Shown: positions 41,526 to 51,035 of the stretch, in pieces
Numbering within the stretch: position 1 is the stretch's first letter
Layout: every line of letters begins with the position of its first letter
The notes under the pieces: model-generated
The model's database searches: none
What the model saw: the letters and a program-made list of their open reading frames with translations, nothing else
Told to the model about the DNA's origin: nothing
Source: Chlamydiota bacterium
GTDB lineage: Bacteria; Chlamydiota; Chlamydiia; Chlamydiales; RGXB01
NCBI GenBank assembly: GCA_947494155.1
Contig: CANLTW010000002.1
Coordinates: 64,001-128,000, forward strand
Length of the DNA stretch: 64,000 nt
Reading direction: 5' to 3'
Translations under genes and position numbers: made by a program

Positions 41526-42458
41526 CTAGATCTGAAGCTCTTTTATACACAATTCTATAAAGTCTTGTGTGCCCACCGTTTCTAAGTCAATAGGGGTGAA
41601 CGCATCCATCCGTTTAAACCAGGTAAACTGCCTTTTAGCATAATTACGATTGGCCTGTTGCAGCTCTAGAAGCATTTTTTCGTAGGAGAGCTCCCCTTTC
41701 AGATATTGCAGCGGTTGCTGGTAAGCAATAGCTTTTTTTGCATTCGGATTGGATTCTATCCCTTTTTTGAGAAGGATCTCTACCTCCTCAATAAGCCCAT
41801 TTTCACACATATGCTTAGCCCTCATATTGAGCCGCTCGTAGAGGATGGGGCGTGGGCGGTAGATAAAAAAGCATTTAGGGTTTAGCTGGCTGCAATGAAA
41901 CGGTTTTGTTTTTTCCTGAAAGTCAGAAACCCTTTTTTGTGTGGTTACAAGAATTTCGTTAGCCCTCAAAATCTTATGCCTGTCGTTGCTTGTGATTCTT
42001 TTGGCATAATCGGGATCTTTTTTTTGTAAAATCTGATAGAGCTCACCCGTTTCTAGCACCTCCAAACGGGCTCGTACTGACAGATTTGCAGGCGGGGTAC
42101 TCGGCAACCCCTCCAACAGAGCCTGAAAGTAGAGCCCTGTTCCACCTGCAAAGATGGGGAAAACCCCCCTTTTTTTCATGTCCTTTAGGAGGATTTCCAC
42201 ATGAGCGATAAATTCCGCCACACTAAAGGGGCAAGTCACATCGTGCACGTCAATCAGGTGGTGAACCACACCCTCCATCTCGGTAGAATCGGGTTTTGCA
42301 GTTCCGATATCCATCCCTTTATAGACCTGAGCCGAGTCCACGGTAATGACTTCAGCTTGAAGACGTTTGGCCAAAGCAATAGCTAAAGATGTTTTACCGG
42401 AGGCTGTTGGTCCGGCAAGGAAAAGGGCGTTAAAAGGATATGTATTTCTTAAGTTCAC
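41526..42458 (-). CDS. miaA: tRNA dimethylallyltransferase
   Basis: GPTASGKT, DSAQVYKGMDIGTAKP, GGTGLY, YAKRQFTWF. Confidence 0.97.
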   Translation of the reverse strand: MNLRNTYPFNALFLAGPTASGKTSLAIALAKRLQAEVITVDSAQVYKGMDIGTAKPDSTEMEGVVHHLIDVHDVTCPFSVAEFIAHVEILLKDMKKRGVFPIFAGGTGLYFQALLEGLPSTPPANLSVRARLEVLETGELYQILQKKDPDYAKRITSNDRHKILRANEILVTTQKRVSDFQEKTKPFHCSQLNPKCFFIYRPRPILYERLNMRAKHMCENGLIEEVEILLKKGIESNPNAKKAIAYQQPLQYLKGELSYEKMLLELQQANRNYAKRQFTWFKRMDAFTPIDLETVGTQDFIELCIKELQI

Positions 42459-42753
42459 TTTTCGAAGGGGAAATTTTTAAAACTTTATCGAGGCCCGCAT
42501 AGTGCAAAATATACTTTAGGTCCTCCGAAGGGGATAATAGTACCAGTTTTGTTTTTTTTGTGTAAGAGATCAGGATTCTTAAGCCGGCACTACTGATATA
42601 TTCCAGCTGAGAACAGTCCAATACAATGGCGCTGCGGTTTTCGCTTATGCATTTTTTGAGCTCTTCCTCAAGGTAAGCTGCATTCGCAAAATCCACTCTT
42701 CCAATGATTTCGAGAAAAGATACTCCATTTTCATCGAACCGATTGATGCTCAT
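42430..42753 (-). CDS. rsbV: Anti-sigma factor antagonist (STAS)
   Basis: GRVD, LDCSQLEYISSAGLR (phospho-Ser motif). Confidence 0.9.
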   Translation of the reverse strand: MSINRFDENGVSFLEIIGRVDFANAAYLEEELKKCISENRSAIVLDCSQLEYISSAGLRILISYTKKTKLVLLSPSEDLKYILHYAGLDKVLKISPSKSELKKYISF

Positions 42754-42888
42754 TGTTTTCTCCGTTCTAACCTCAAAATCTTAAAAAACCTATTATAAAT
42801 CAAGGGCTAAACATCTCTATAAAAAGGATCATCATTAAAAAAAAACCTAGATCGTTAGTTTTTAAAGGGTTGAATGGGGGCTATTCAT

Positions 42889-43701
42889 CTAAGAAATTGC
42901 TCTAGTCTCCCAAAAATGGGGTTCCTCCCAGTAAAAATTTTGCTCTCTATGGGTATCAACCGTTTGTAAAAACCCGATACCCAAAGTCCGCAAATCGAGC
43001 TTTACCACTTTATCGATTCCCACAATCGGCACCGTATGCAAGAAAGCCTGGAGCTCCTTTACCCCCTCTTCAAGATGGTCTGGGTTAAGCCTAACAAGGA
43101 GCATTTTCCCTGTATTAGAAAAATTTTTCTTTTGGCTGATCCCTAAATTCACGGTCCGATAGGGCAAAAGACACCCTTTTTTGGATAGGTCGATAAAATC
43201 TAACGTGTCTTGAAATGCACTTTTCAACTCAAGAATCTCTTTGAAAAGGGTCTGATCCAGCTTAGAGGCCAAGCGCAAATTTTTGATCGGGCCCAAAAAG
43301 AGTCTGGGAACTTTTTTTGGGGATTGAAATGGATGTAGAGCAACAAGAACACCCTCGGGGTCTAAACCCAAATTCTCATAGTCACCTAAAATGAAAGCGA
43401 CCTCTCTAAGACCGTAATAGACATAAACGCTAGAGGGGGGGAAGTTTGATACGGTCAAGTGTCTAAAAATGGGGTGGAGATCTTTTTCTTGTATTTCGGC
43501 CCTAAAACCCTCTGTGCCCCCTTGACTTTTTAGGTAGCTTAAAAGCCATCTAGGCTCAGTAAGTGTGGGTTTATCGCTACAAAAAAGGATCGAGTCCACA
43601 TCTTTTTCTGCCGGCTGGAATTGAAAACCCAAAAAAAACCCGACTCCACAAATACAAAAAAGGGGGATCAAAACAAGCCCCAAGCGCTGAGTTAAAGACA
43701 T
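42889..43701 (-). CDS. Putative divergent FtsQ-like cell-division protein
   Basis: Single N-terminal TM, C-terminal KLDLR; lies between murC and rsbV like the proposed chlamydial FtsQ. Confidence 0.55.
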   Translation of the reverse strand: MSLTQRLGLVLIPLFCICGVGFFLGFQFQPAEKDVDSILFCSDKPTLTEPRWLLSYLKSQGGTEGFRAEIQEKDLHPIFRHLTVSNFPPSSVYVYYGLREVAFILGDYENLGLDPEGVLVALHPFQSPKKVPRLFLGPIKNLRLASKLDQTLFKEILELKSAFQDTLDFIDLSKKGCLLPYRTVNLGISQKKNFSNTGKMLLVRLNPDHLEEGVKELQAFLHTVPIVGIDKVVKLDLRTLGIGFLQTVDTHREQNFYWEEPHFWETRAIS

Positions 43702-44993
43702 TCCTCAAAAATCCTATCTATGTTTCCGGCACCGATAAAAAGAAGCACCCCCTTTTCCCCACTGTCTTTACTCATTTTTTCTAAAACGGTTTTTATCTCT
43801 CCCTTTTTTGTAACCGAAATTCCCAGTGCTTTTGCCAATTTTTCTGAGGAACCCTCATAATCATACTTTTCATCCGCGGCATATGTCTGTAGTATACACA
43901 CCGCTTGAGGAATTTTCAGCACCTCAACAAAAGCTTGAAAAAGGTTTTTTGTGCGCGAATACTTGTGGGGTTCAAACACAACGAATAGAGGGATATTGTA
44001 TTGTCTCTTCAGCGCCTCAAAGGTAGTTGCAAGCTCTTTTGGATGGTGACCATAATCTAAAAATGTTTTCCAACGAGTAAAATCTCGCCCCTTTTCACAA
44101 CGCCTTTTGACCCCTTCATAAGATCGAAAAGACTCTTTGATAAAGTCTAGTTTTACCCCTAAAGCTTTTGCCATTCCAAAAACCCCAAGAGCATTTTTCA
44201 CCTGATGTTCTCCCATCAAGGGTATGTAAACGTCTTTTACAAACAAATTTTCTGAAGGCTGTATTATATCAAAAATAGAGCCGTCTTCATGAATGCGCAA
44301 ATTGATCGCCTGAATGTCCCCTTTCCCAATCCCATAAGAGGTACCACTTTGCACAAGACCCTCATCTTCACCTGCAGCATAAAAAATCCATTCGCTTTTT
44401 TTTACCGTCTTTAAAAAATCACTATACCCTTTTTTTAAAGAAAAAAAGCTTCCCCAGAAATCCAGGTGATCTGCGTCGACGTTGGTAATAATAGCCCCTT
44501 CGGGATGGATTCTCAGAAATGAACCATCACTCTCATCCCCTTCCAAAACATATTTTGTCCGTCCAGTTTTGCCGTTCAGCCCCGATTGTTTCCAAACACC
44601 TCCAACTTTGAATCCAGTATCGGAGTCATAGGAATGCAAAACATGAGCTAAAAGGGCCGAAGTAGAGGTTTTACCATGCGCCCCCACTACGGCAAACACA
44701 GGGGTTTGCCCCGCAATTTTGGTAAATAAATCTAGGCGGTGGATTTTTCTTTTGGCATGGCGCAATTCTGGATGATCTTGAGGTATGCGCGAGTGTATTA
44801 CCGCTATTGCCTCCTCATGGACTACAGTATTTTCATGCCCTTCAAAAATTTCAGCGCCCCTTTTTCGCAAGTACAGAGCCCTTTCATTCAGTACCAAATC
44901 AGAGCCCGAAACGGTATGGCCTTGATCCAAAAGGATACTGGCAAGTGCACTCATGCCAATTCCCCCTATGCCAATGAAATGATATCGCTCCAT
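43692..44993 (-). CDS. murC: UDP-N-acetylmuramate--L-alanine ligase, not fused to Ddl
   Basis: HFIGIGGIGMSALA, GAHGKTST, EGDESDGSF, DYGHHP, FEPHKYSR, GAGNI. Confidence 0.95.
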   Translation of the reverse strand: MERYHFIGIGGIGMSALASILLDQGHTVSGSDLVLNERALYLRKRGAEIFEGHENTVVHEEAIAVIHSRIPQDHPELRHAKRKIHRLDLFTKIAGQTPVFAVVGAHGKTSTSALLAHVLHSYDSDTGFKVGGVWKQSGLNGKTGRTKYVLEGDESDGSFLRIHPEGAIITNVDADHLDFWGSFFSLKKGYSDFLKTVKKSEWIFYAAGEDEGLVQSGTSYGIGKGDIQAINLRIHEDGSIFDIIQPSENLFVKDVYIPLMGEHQVKNALGVFGMAKALGVKLDFIKESFRSYEGVKRRCEKGRDFTRWKTFLDYGHHPKELATTFEALKRQYNIPLFVVFEPHKYSRTKNLFQAFVEVLKIPQAVCILQTYAADEKYDYEGSSEKLAKALGISVTKKGEIKTVLEKMSKDSGEKGVLLFIGAGNIDRIFEECL

Positions 44994-45949
44994 TTTTTCC
45001 CTTTTACGTCAAAGATTTGGTCTTTTTTAAGACCCATTAGCCCCAAAAGACTAGAGAGTATTTTTTCCTCTTCATTTTCGGAAACAAGAACCCCTTGCCC
45101 CCCTTTTTCTAAAAAGCTTAAACCATTTTGTTTCTGGTGCTCGTAAGCCCCTTCGAAAGGGATGATTAAAGAGGGGACTGCGTAATGATAAAGCTCGAAC
45201 AAAGTGCTTGCCCCTGCTCTGGTGAGGGCAATATCTGCAATCTGCATAGCCTCCTTTACATTGGAAATAAATGGCTCTACATAGGCTGTGATCTCTAAGG
45301 AGCTGTATACTTTTCTCCAGCGGTCGGGATCATTTTTTGGGCCGACTAAATGGATTAATTGGAATTCTTTAAGTTTATGACAATTTTTTTCTACCCACTC
45401 ATTGATGAATTTGGAACCTGAGGAACCTCCAATAATCAACAAAACCGGCCTATTTTCGCTAAGACCAAACGAGGTATAGATCGCTTTTTTCTCTTTTTGT
45501 TCCATTTCAGGAGCGATCAACACGCCCCGGTTAGGAAACTCGAGCACAAGATTTTCGTCGTAACAAAGCACTTTGTGTGCAAAAAAAGAGAAAAATCTAT
45601 TCGCCTTACCCATAGTAGCGTTGGGCTCAAATACCCAGATCGGTTTCCCTAAAAAAAGAGCGATGCATGTAGCTGGAAAACTATGAAAACTACCAAAACT
45701 GATCACTATTTGGGGATTTTTCTTTTGAAAGGCGATAAAAGCTTGCCAACAGCTTTTTAAAAGATGATGGAACACCCGAGCCCCTTCTAAAGAGACAACC
45801 TCGCAGTTTATACCCTTTAAGAATGGGGAGTCTTTTAAACCTATTCCAATCAAAAAAGAGCGCCCTTTTGCCGAAATTGCCGCCTCTAACGCCGGGCGCA
45901 AGTGACCAAAGGTTCCCCCTACGCTAAGTGCAATCTGGTTACACGACAT
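44966..45949 (-). CDS. murG: Lipid I N-acetylglucosaminyl transferase
   Basis: GGTFGH, FGSF, GGSSGS, RAGAST, HQKQN. Confidence 0.92.
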   Translation of the reverse strand: MSCNQIALSVGGTFGHLRPALEAAISAKGRSFLIGIGLKDSPFLKGINCEVVSLEGARVFHHLLKSCWQAFIAFQKKNPQIVISFGSFHSFPATCIALFLGKPIWVFEPNATMGKANRFFSFFAHKVLCYDENLVLEFPNRGVLIAPEMEQKEKKAIYTSFGLSENRPVLLIIGGSSGSKFINEWVEKNCHKLKEFQLIHLVGPKNDPDRWRKVYSSLEITAYVEPFISNVKEAMQIADIALTRAGASTLFELYHYAVPSLIIPFEGAYEHQKQNGLSFLEKGGQGVLVSENEEEKILSSLLGLMGLKKDQIFDVKGKKWSDIISLA

Positions 45950-47028
45950 CTTACCTCATCTATTTCCATCAAAAGGCAAATCAGTATTGCATTTGCAATT
46001 AAAGAGGATCCCCCCTGACTCATGAACGGCAGGCTTGTTCCTTTGCTAGGCAAAAGCCCCGATACGATCCCCATATTTAAAAAGGCCTGAATGGCAAAAA
46101 CATAACTCAAAGATGCAGCTAAAAGAAAACTCTGTTTATCGGTAGTTCTCATCGCTACAATAAATCCTAAAAAAATGATCCACATGTAGACCAATATAAG
46201 GGCAATAATTCCCCTTAAGCCAAACTCCTCTGCAAAAATCGCCAGAATGTAATCGCTTCTAGCCTCAGGGAGGTAATTATACTTTTGTAAACTCTGCCCT
46301 AGCCCTTTTCCGTGAAGTCCTCCGGACCCGGCAGCTATTTTGGCTTGGTAGGGTTGGTGCCCTTTCCCTAAAAGATCGGTCTCGGGGTCTAAATAGATCT
46401 GTATTCTGTTCTGCACATGGGGCATTTTTGAAGCAAAAATTGCGGCAATACTGATAAAAACCATGATGGGAGCTAACCAAAAACGGAAAGGTACACGGCT
46501 GAGAAAAAGGAGTACTATGATGGTAGAGGTTAGAATCAGAGCTGTCCCATTATCGGGCTCTACCAAAATGAGAAAAATTGGAACCGCTAGCAGCCCTAAA
46601 ATTTCTAGAAACTTTTTAAGCGATCCGAAATTTTCCCTTTTTTGTAGATACCAAATATAAAACAACGGCAATAAAATTTTCATCATCTCGGAGGGCTGAA
46701 AAGTGAGCCCCAAGAGCTTAATCCATCTTTTGGCACCATTGATTGTACACCCTATTTTAGGGACAAATACAAGAACTAAAAGAAGGCAAAAAACCCCAAA
46801 TAATAAGGGGGCGTATTCAATCCATTTTTTATGGCCAGTCACAAACACAATTGTCCCCACGACAAGGCCTAAGACCCCGTAAGCCCCCTGTTTTAAAAGG
46901 GAATCTATCAACCCAAACTCATGCATCCGATCCAGTAGCTCGCCTGAAGTGGTATTATATACCATCACAAGTCCTAAAGAAAATACCGAGAGCGTCAAAA
47001 TCAATAAAAGTCTGGATACTAGGCTCAT
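45919..47028 (-). CDS. ftsW: SEDS family peptidoglycan polymerase FtsW
   Basis: NGAKRWI, QPSE, EPDNGT, LPEARSDYI, LPFMSQGGSS. Confidence 0.94.
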   Translation of the reverse strand: MSLVSRLLLILTLSVFSLGLVMVYNTTSGELLDRMHEFGLIDSLLKQGAYGVLGLVVGTIVFVTGHKKWIEYAPLLFGVFCLLLVLVFVPKIGCTINGAKRWIKLLGLTFQPSEMMKILLPLFYIWYLQKRENFGSLKKFLEILGLLAVPIFLILVEPDNGTALILTSTIIVLLFLSRVPFRFWLAPIMVFISIAAIFASKMPHVQNRIQIYLDPETDLLGKGHQPYQAKIAAGSGGLHGKGLGQSLQKYNYLPEARSDYILAIFAEEFGLRGIIALILVYMWIIFLGFIVAMRTTDKQSFLLAASLSYVFAIQAFLNMGIVSGLLPSKGTSLPFMSQGGSSLIANAILICLLMEIDEVRCRVTRLHLA

Positions 47029-47636
47029 TGTATTCTCAGCTGATCTCCAGGCTTGAGCCTTTTTGCTTTCTCCTCATCAAGATTATTGAGGCGCAAAAGC
47101 TCGTCGACTTTCATCTGATTTTTCATGGCAATCGTCCAGGGATTATCCCCATTTTTCACTGTATAGTATTTTTCCTGACCCTTTTTTGAGGATTTCGTTA
47201 ACTTCAAAACCTGCCCAATTTGTAGTCTGGAATCGATCAGATGATTCGTGCGCATGATCTCTTCAACACTCAATCCATAGCTACGCGCAATCTTATCAAG
47301 TGTATCGCCTGCTCGGACGATTATATCTTGCGGTATCGTTTTCTCCCCCTCAGGCATCGCCTCCAACGGTTTTTGGGGCTCTTCTTTGAGCTTTGCGACT
47401 TTTTCTACTGGGAGCTTTTCTTCAAGAAGATGTGTTTGGGTCAGTTTTTTGAGTAATTGATCCACCTCGTCAATCCCCTCTTTTTTAGAAAGGTCGGCTT
47501 TTGTGGACTCCAAAGCAACGGAAGCCTCCTTGGGAGAAGGTTTCAGAGGTTCACTTTGACGCCCTGTAAAAAAAACAAAAAATAACAGGATGCAATTCAT
47601 CAAAACTGTGATTAAGATAGCATCTTTTTTTCCCAT
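47025..47636 (-). CDS. nlpD: LysM-domain protein (chlamydial NlpD-like)
   Basis: N-terminal TM and two LysM repeats (VRAGDTLDKIA; YTVKNGDNPWTIA); position between murD and ftsW. Confidence 0.85.
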   Translation of the reverse strand: MGKKDAILITVLMNCILLFFVFFTGRQSEPLKPSPKEASVALESTKADLSKKEGIDEVDQLLKKLTQTHLLEEKLPVEKVAKLKEEPQKPLEAMPEGEKTIPQDIIVRAGDTLDKIARSYGLSVEEIMRTNHLIDSRLQIGQVLKLTKSSKKGQEKYYTVKNGDNPWTIAMKNQMKVDELLRLNNLDEEKAKRLKPGDQLRIQ

Positions 47637-48706
47637 TCTATCCTCTGTTTAAACGACTCCCCTCTATGAGCATAGGAGTTAAATTGATCATAACTTGCAA
47701 AACCGGGGGACAATAAAAGATTGCCCTCCCCTTTTAAACCCTCATCTACAGCCTTTTCCAAGGTCTCACAAAGGACAACTTCGATCTTAGGATCAAAAAT
47801 CTCTTTTATGATGTGCATGGTTTCCCCGATCGCCAAAATCCTTTTTAGGGGTCTCTTAAGAAGATTTTCCCGAAAGGAGAGGAGATTTTCCCCTTTGGAT
47901 CTCCCTCCGAGAATCAGCTGCACCGGCCCTTCAACAGCGTTCAAAGCGTAAAGGGTAGAACTAATTGTGGTAGACTTAGAATCATTGTAAATTTTTTTTC
48001 CAAAAAAGTCTCCAAGATATTCTATTCGATGTGGTAAATTTTGATAAGTAGTTAAAGCCTCGTAGATCTTTTCTTTATCGATCGAAAACTTTTTGGCCAC
48101 CCAATCCCAAATCTCCTCCATAGAGGTATTAGGACCTAAACTGGTTCCCCCTTCCCTTACTAAATGGAAAATTTTCCTTTTTACCTGCTCATACCTCTCC
48201 ATAGTATGGTAGCGATCTAAATGGTTTGGCTGGATATTAAGAATCACACCAAGATCTAATACTCTGGAGTGTGTAGTCTCAAGTTGTTGCGCACTCATCT
48301 CGATTACGACTATGTCATAACCGCTAAGATCTTCTGAGGTTAAGGGGATCTCAATATTTCCAAGCGCTTTGGCTTTGAATCCTAAAGAAAGGAAAACATG
48401 CTCCATTTTTTTTACGCATGTGGATTTCCCATTAGAACCTGTGATCCCTATAAGACAACCTGCTGACATTTTTTCTAAGGCAAGATCCACTTCAGATTGC
48501 ACCTTGATCCCTTTTTCATAGGCCATCAGTATCAGGGGATGCTCCTGAGTAAAACCCGGTGAAACGACAACACGGTCTATTAACGTGAAATCAACGGCAG
48601 TTTTTGATTGATCATCGTAAAGTAGAGGAATAATATTCTCTTTTAAAAAAAGACGAAAAGCCGATTTTCCACTCTGCCCCTGCCCTAAAATGAGAGGTCT
48701 ATACAT
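47612..48706 (-). CDS. murD: UDP-N-acetylmuramoyl-L-alanine--D-glutamate ligase
   Basis: VVSPG, ITGSNGKST, NHLDRY, PHRIE, NDSKST, LLSPGFASYDQF; start moved to ATG 48706. Confidence 0.93.
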   Translation of the reverse strand: MYRPLILGQGQSGKSAFRLFLKENIIPLLYDDQSKTAVDFTLIDRVVVSPGFTQEHPLILMAYEKGIKVQSEVDLALEKMSAGCLIGITGSNGKSTCVKKMEHVFLSLGFKAKALGNIEIPLTSEDLSGYDIVVIEMSAQQLETTHSRVLDLGVILNIQPNHLDRYHTMERYEQVKRKIFHLVREGGTSLGPNTSMEEIWDWVAKKFSIDKEKIYEALTTYQNLPHRIEYLGDFFGKKIYNDSKSTTISSTLYALNAVEGPVQLILGGRSKGENLLSFRENLLKRPLKRILAIGETMHIIKEIFDPKIEVVLCETLEKAVDEGLKGEGNLLLSPGFASYDQFNSYAHRGESFKQRIEWEKKMLS

Positions 48707-49709
48707 ACATCCTCGCAAGGTAATAGAGTAAAAATCCCCCAAAAGCAAAAAGAATTTGGACAAGAGCAAATCGGCTGACGATCACCTCCTCTTTTTGTCC
48801 ATGAAACTGGTAATGGTGGTGTAAAGGAGCGCAAAGAAAAATTCTCTTTTGAGTTTGCCTGTAATAGCTGACTTGAAGAATCACCGATAGAGTCTCTATA
48901 ACAAACATACCGCCCAAAAAAACGAGTACCAACTCCTGGTGAAGGTAGATAGAAAATCCCGCTATCAGGCCTCCTAAGGGTAATGACCCTACGTCCCCCA
49001 TGAATATCCGTGCCGGCTTTTTATTCACGAGATAAAAACCGAAAAGAGCGCCAGTAAAAGCCATAATCATATAAGTGGTAAAGACCTGCCCTTCAAAATA
49101 ACTGATGAGTGCTAAAAAAAAGAGGCTTACAATACTCAATAGGCCGGCAAGTCCATCCATACCGTCGGTTAAATTAACAGCATTCGAAGTCCCAACTAGT
49201 ATAAAGGCCAAAAAAAACAAAAAACAACATTTTGAACCTACACTTGCAAAGTTGATTTCCGATCCGAAAGGGATTTTTAATAGAAAGTCGTGCTCACCGG
49301 AAAATAAAAGGGTCAAAAAAATTGTAGCGGCAACAATTTGTCCAAGCGATTTTCCCTTGGCCGATATCCCCTTTTTTGAGGGGATAAGTTTATAGAGATC
49401 ATCGATTAACCCAACCATAGCCATCCCGATCACGAGCGCCAAAAAAGCATAGTAGGCAGACGGGAGAGGCTGAACGAAAAAGGGGACGACGAAAAAGGGG
49501 ATTATCAGGAAAGGAACACCTCCAAAAGAGGGTGTTTTTTCTTTTAAAAGCTTGGTATCGGGATCTATGATGTGATCAACATGTCCTTTAGAATCTAGAC
49601 GGAAATTTTTTATCCATCGTATCCAGAAGGGGTAACAAAATTTGGAAAGCAAAAAACAAAACAGCGCCACTAACAAAGGGCTTATGTATTCAATGCCTGC
49701 TCTAACCAT
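48699..49709 (-). CDS. mraY: Phospho-N-acetylmuramoyl-pentapeptide transferase
   Basis: TPSFGG, IDD, SNAVNLTDGMDGLA, FMGDVGS, APLHHH. Confidence 0.95.
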   Translation of the reverse strand: MVRAGIEYISPLLVALFCFLLSKFCYPFWIRWIKNFRLDSKGHVDHIIDPDTKLLKEKTPSFGGVPFLIIPFFVVPFFVQPLPSAYYAFLALVIGMAMVGLIDDLYKLIPSKKGISAKGKSLGQIVAATIFLTLLFSGEHDFLLKIPFGSEINFASVGSKCCFLFFLAFILVGTSNAVNLTDGMDGLAGLLSIVSLFFLALISYFEGQVFTTYMIMAFTGALFGFYLVNKKPARIFMGDVGSLPLGGLIAGFSIYLHQELVLVFLGGMFVIETLSVILQVSYYRQTQKRIFLCAPLHHHYQFHGQKEEVIVSRFALVQILFAFGGFLLYYLARMYV

Positions 49710-50866
49710 GGCTCTACCTCCCAAAGTCGATTAGCGTTAGACCCTTTCACCAAAACAAAGTCTTTTGGTTGTATTTGTTGTTTGATAATAGGCTTTAACT
49801 GATCAACAGTTTCTACCCAAAAAACCTGTTTAGCCTGCTTTTCCCAAAAATCAAACACCAGTTGCATTTTTTTTCCTATGCAAAAAGCCACATCAAACGA
49901 GTTTTGTAAATCTATAGCTAGTTGCATATGATAATCTTCTGTTTTCTCTCCCAAACTCTCCATCTGCCCGATAATTGCGACTCTCCTTAAGTCCGTCGGC
50001 ATTTTATGGTCAGAAAGAAAAAAAATCCTCATTGTAGTCGGGTTAGCATTATAGCAATCTAAAATTACCCCACCCTTTTGGTACATTTTTGTTTGATACC
50101 TCAAATCTGGGGTTTTCCATGTAAAGGGTTGGGGAACAAGCCCTAGAACCCCCCCCATTTTTTCGATTAGATCAAACACATCCCCAAATAGGGGCTCGCC
50201 GTTTTGGCCATAAATGATTTGCTTAAGCTCTCCCTCTTGATTATCGGGGTAAAATCTACTTGCCGAGTAGTGAACAAATTGCACCTTTGTTTTTGGGGTA
50301 ACGACAATTTTACCCTTTTCTAGGGCAATATTTTCCAAAGTCTGGAGTGTGTCTAAGTGCGCTTCAGCTATTCGGGTTATCACTGCGACATCAGGCGGGG
50401 CAATCCTAGCAAGATTTTCCATATCCCCCGGCATTTCTATCCCCATCTCTAAAAATAGCAAAGGTTCGTTGCTGTAACAATTTAATATAGAAAGCGGTAA
50501 ACCGATTTGGGAATTTTGGTTTAAAGGATTACGAAAGCACCCTTTTTGTTTGGAAAACGCCAGGTAAAGGGCCTCTTTAGTGGTAGTTTTTCCAAAAGAG
50601 CCGGTCACTCCCACGATGAATGGGTTAGCGGCATGAATCTTTTGTCGAGCCAGCTCTTGGAGAGTCTTAAATGGATCCTCTACCCGATGCAGCTCTAATC
50701 CAAAATCGTCTCCCTTGTATTCATCGGAGACGTAGGCCACTTTTGCCCCATTTGCTTTTGCCTCCATTAAAAAAAGGTGACCGTCTGTTTTTGCCCCTTT
50801 AAGTGCAAAAAAAACCCCATTTTCGTTTTTTTGACGGCTATCTACTGTAAACTTAAGCTGTTGCAT
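49682..50866 (-). CDS. murF: UDP-N-acetylmuramoyl-tripeptide--D-Ala-D-Ala ligase (short)
   Basis: DSRQ, DGHLF, VTGSFGKTTTKE, LEMG, DCYNANP, VKGS. Confidence 0.9.
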   Translation of the reverse strand: MQQLKFTVDSRQKNENGVFFALKGAKTDGHLFLMEAKANGAKVAYVSDEYKGDDFGLELHRVEDPFKTLQELARQKIHAANPFIVGVTGSFGKTTTKEALYLAFSKQKGCFRNPLNQNSQIGLPLSILNCYSNEPLLFLEMGIEMPGDMENLARIAPPDVAVITRIAEAHLDTLQTLENIALEKGKIVVTPKTKVQFVHYSASRFYPDNQEGELKQIIYGQNGEPLFGDVFDLIEKMGGVLGLVPQPFTWKTPDLRYQTKMYQKGGVILDCYNANPTTMRIFFLSDHKMPTDLRRVAIIGQMESLGEKTEDYHMQLAIDLQNSFDVAFCIGKKMQLVFDFWEKQAKQVFWVETVDQLKPIIKQQIQPKDFVLVKGSNANRLWEVEPWLEQALNT

Positions 50867-51035
50867 CAGAATCCTAAAGGTAACTGTTTTTCACTCTATA
50901 AATCAAGAAAACGCACCTGCATTCTTTATAGTTAATTTCTTTATAAAAAAACTTTTATAGATCTTTAAGAGAACCTTGATAGAAAAACGGTAAAAACAGT
51001 ATGAGACAAAAAAAGACAATAAAAAGAGAATTATA

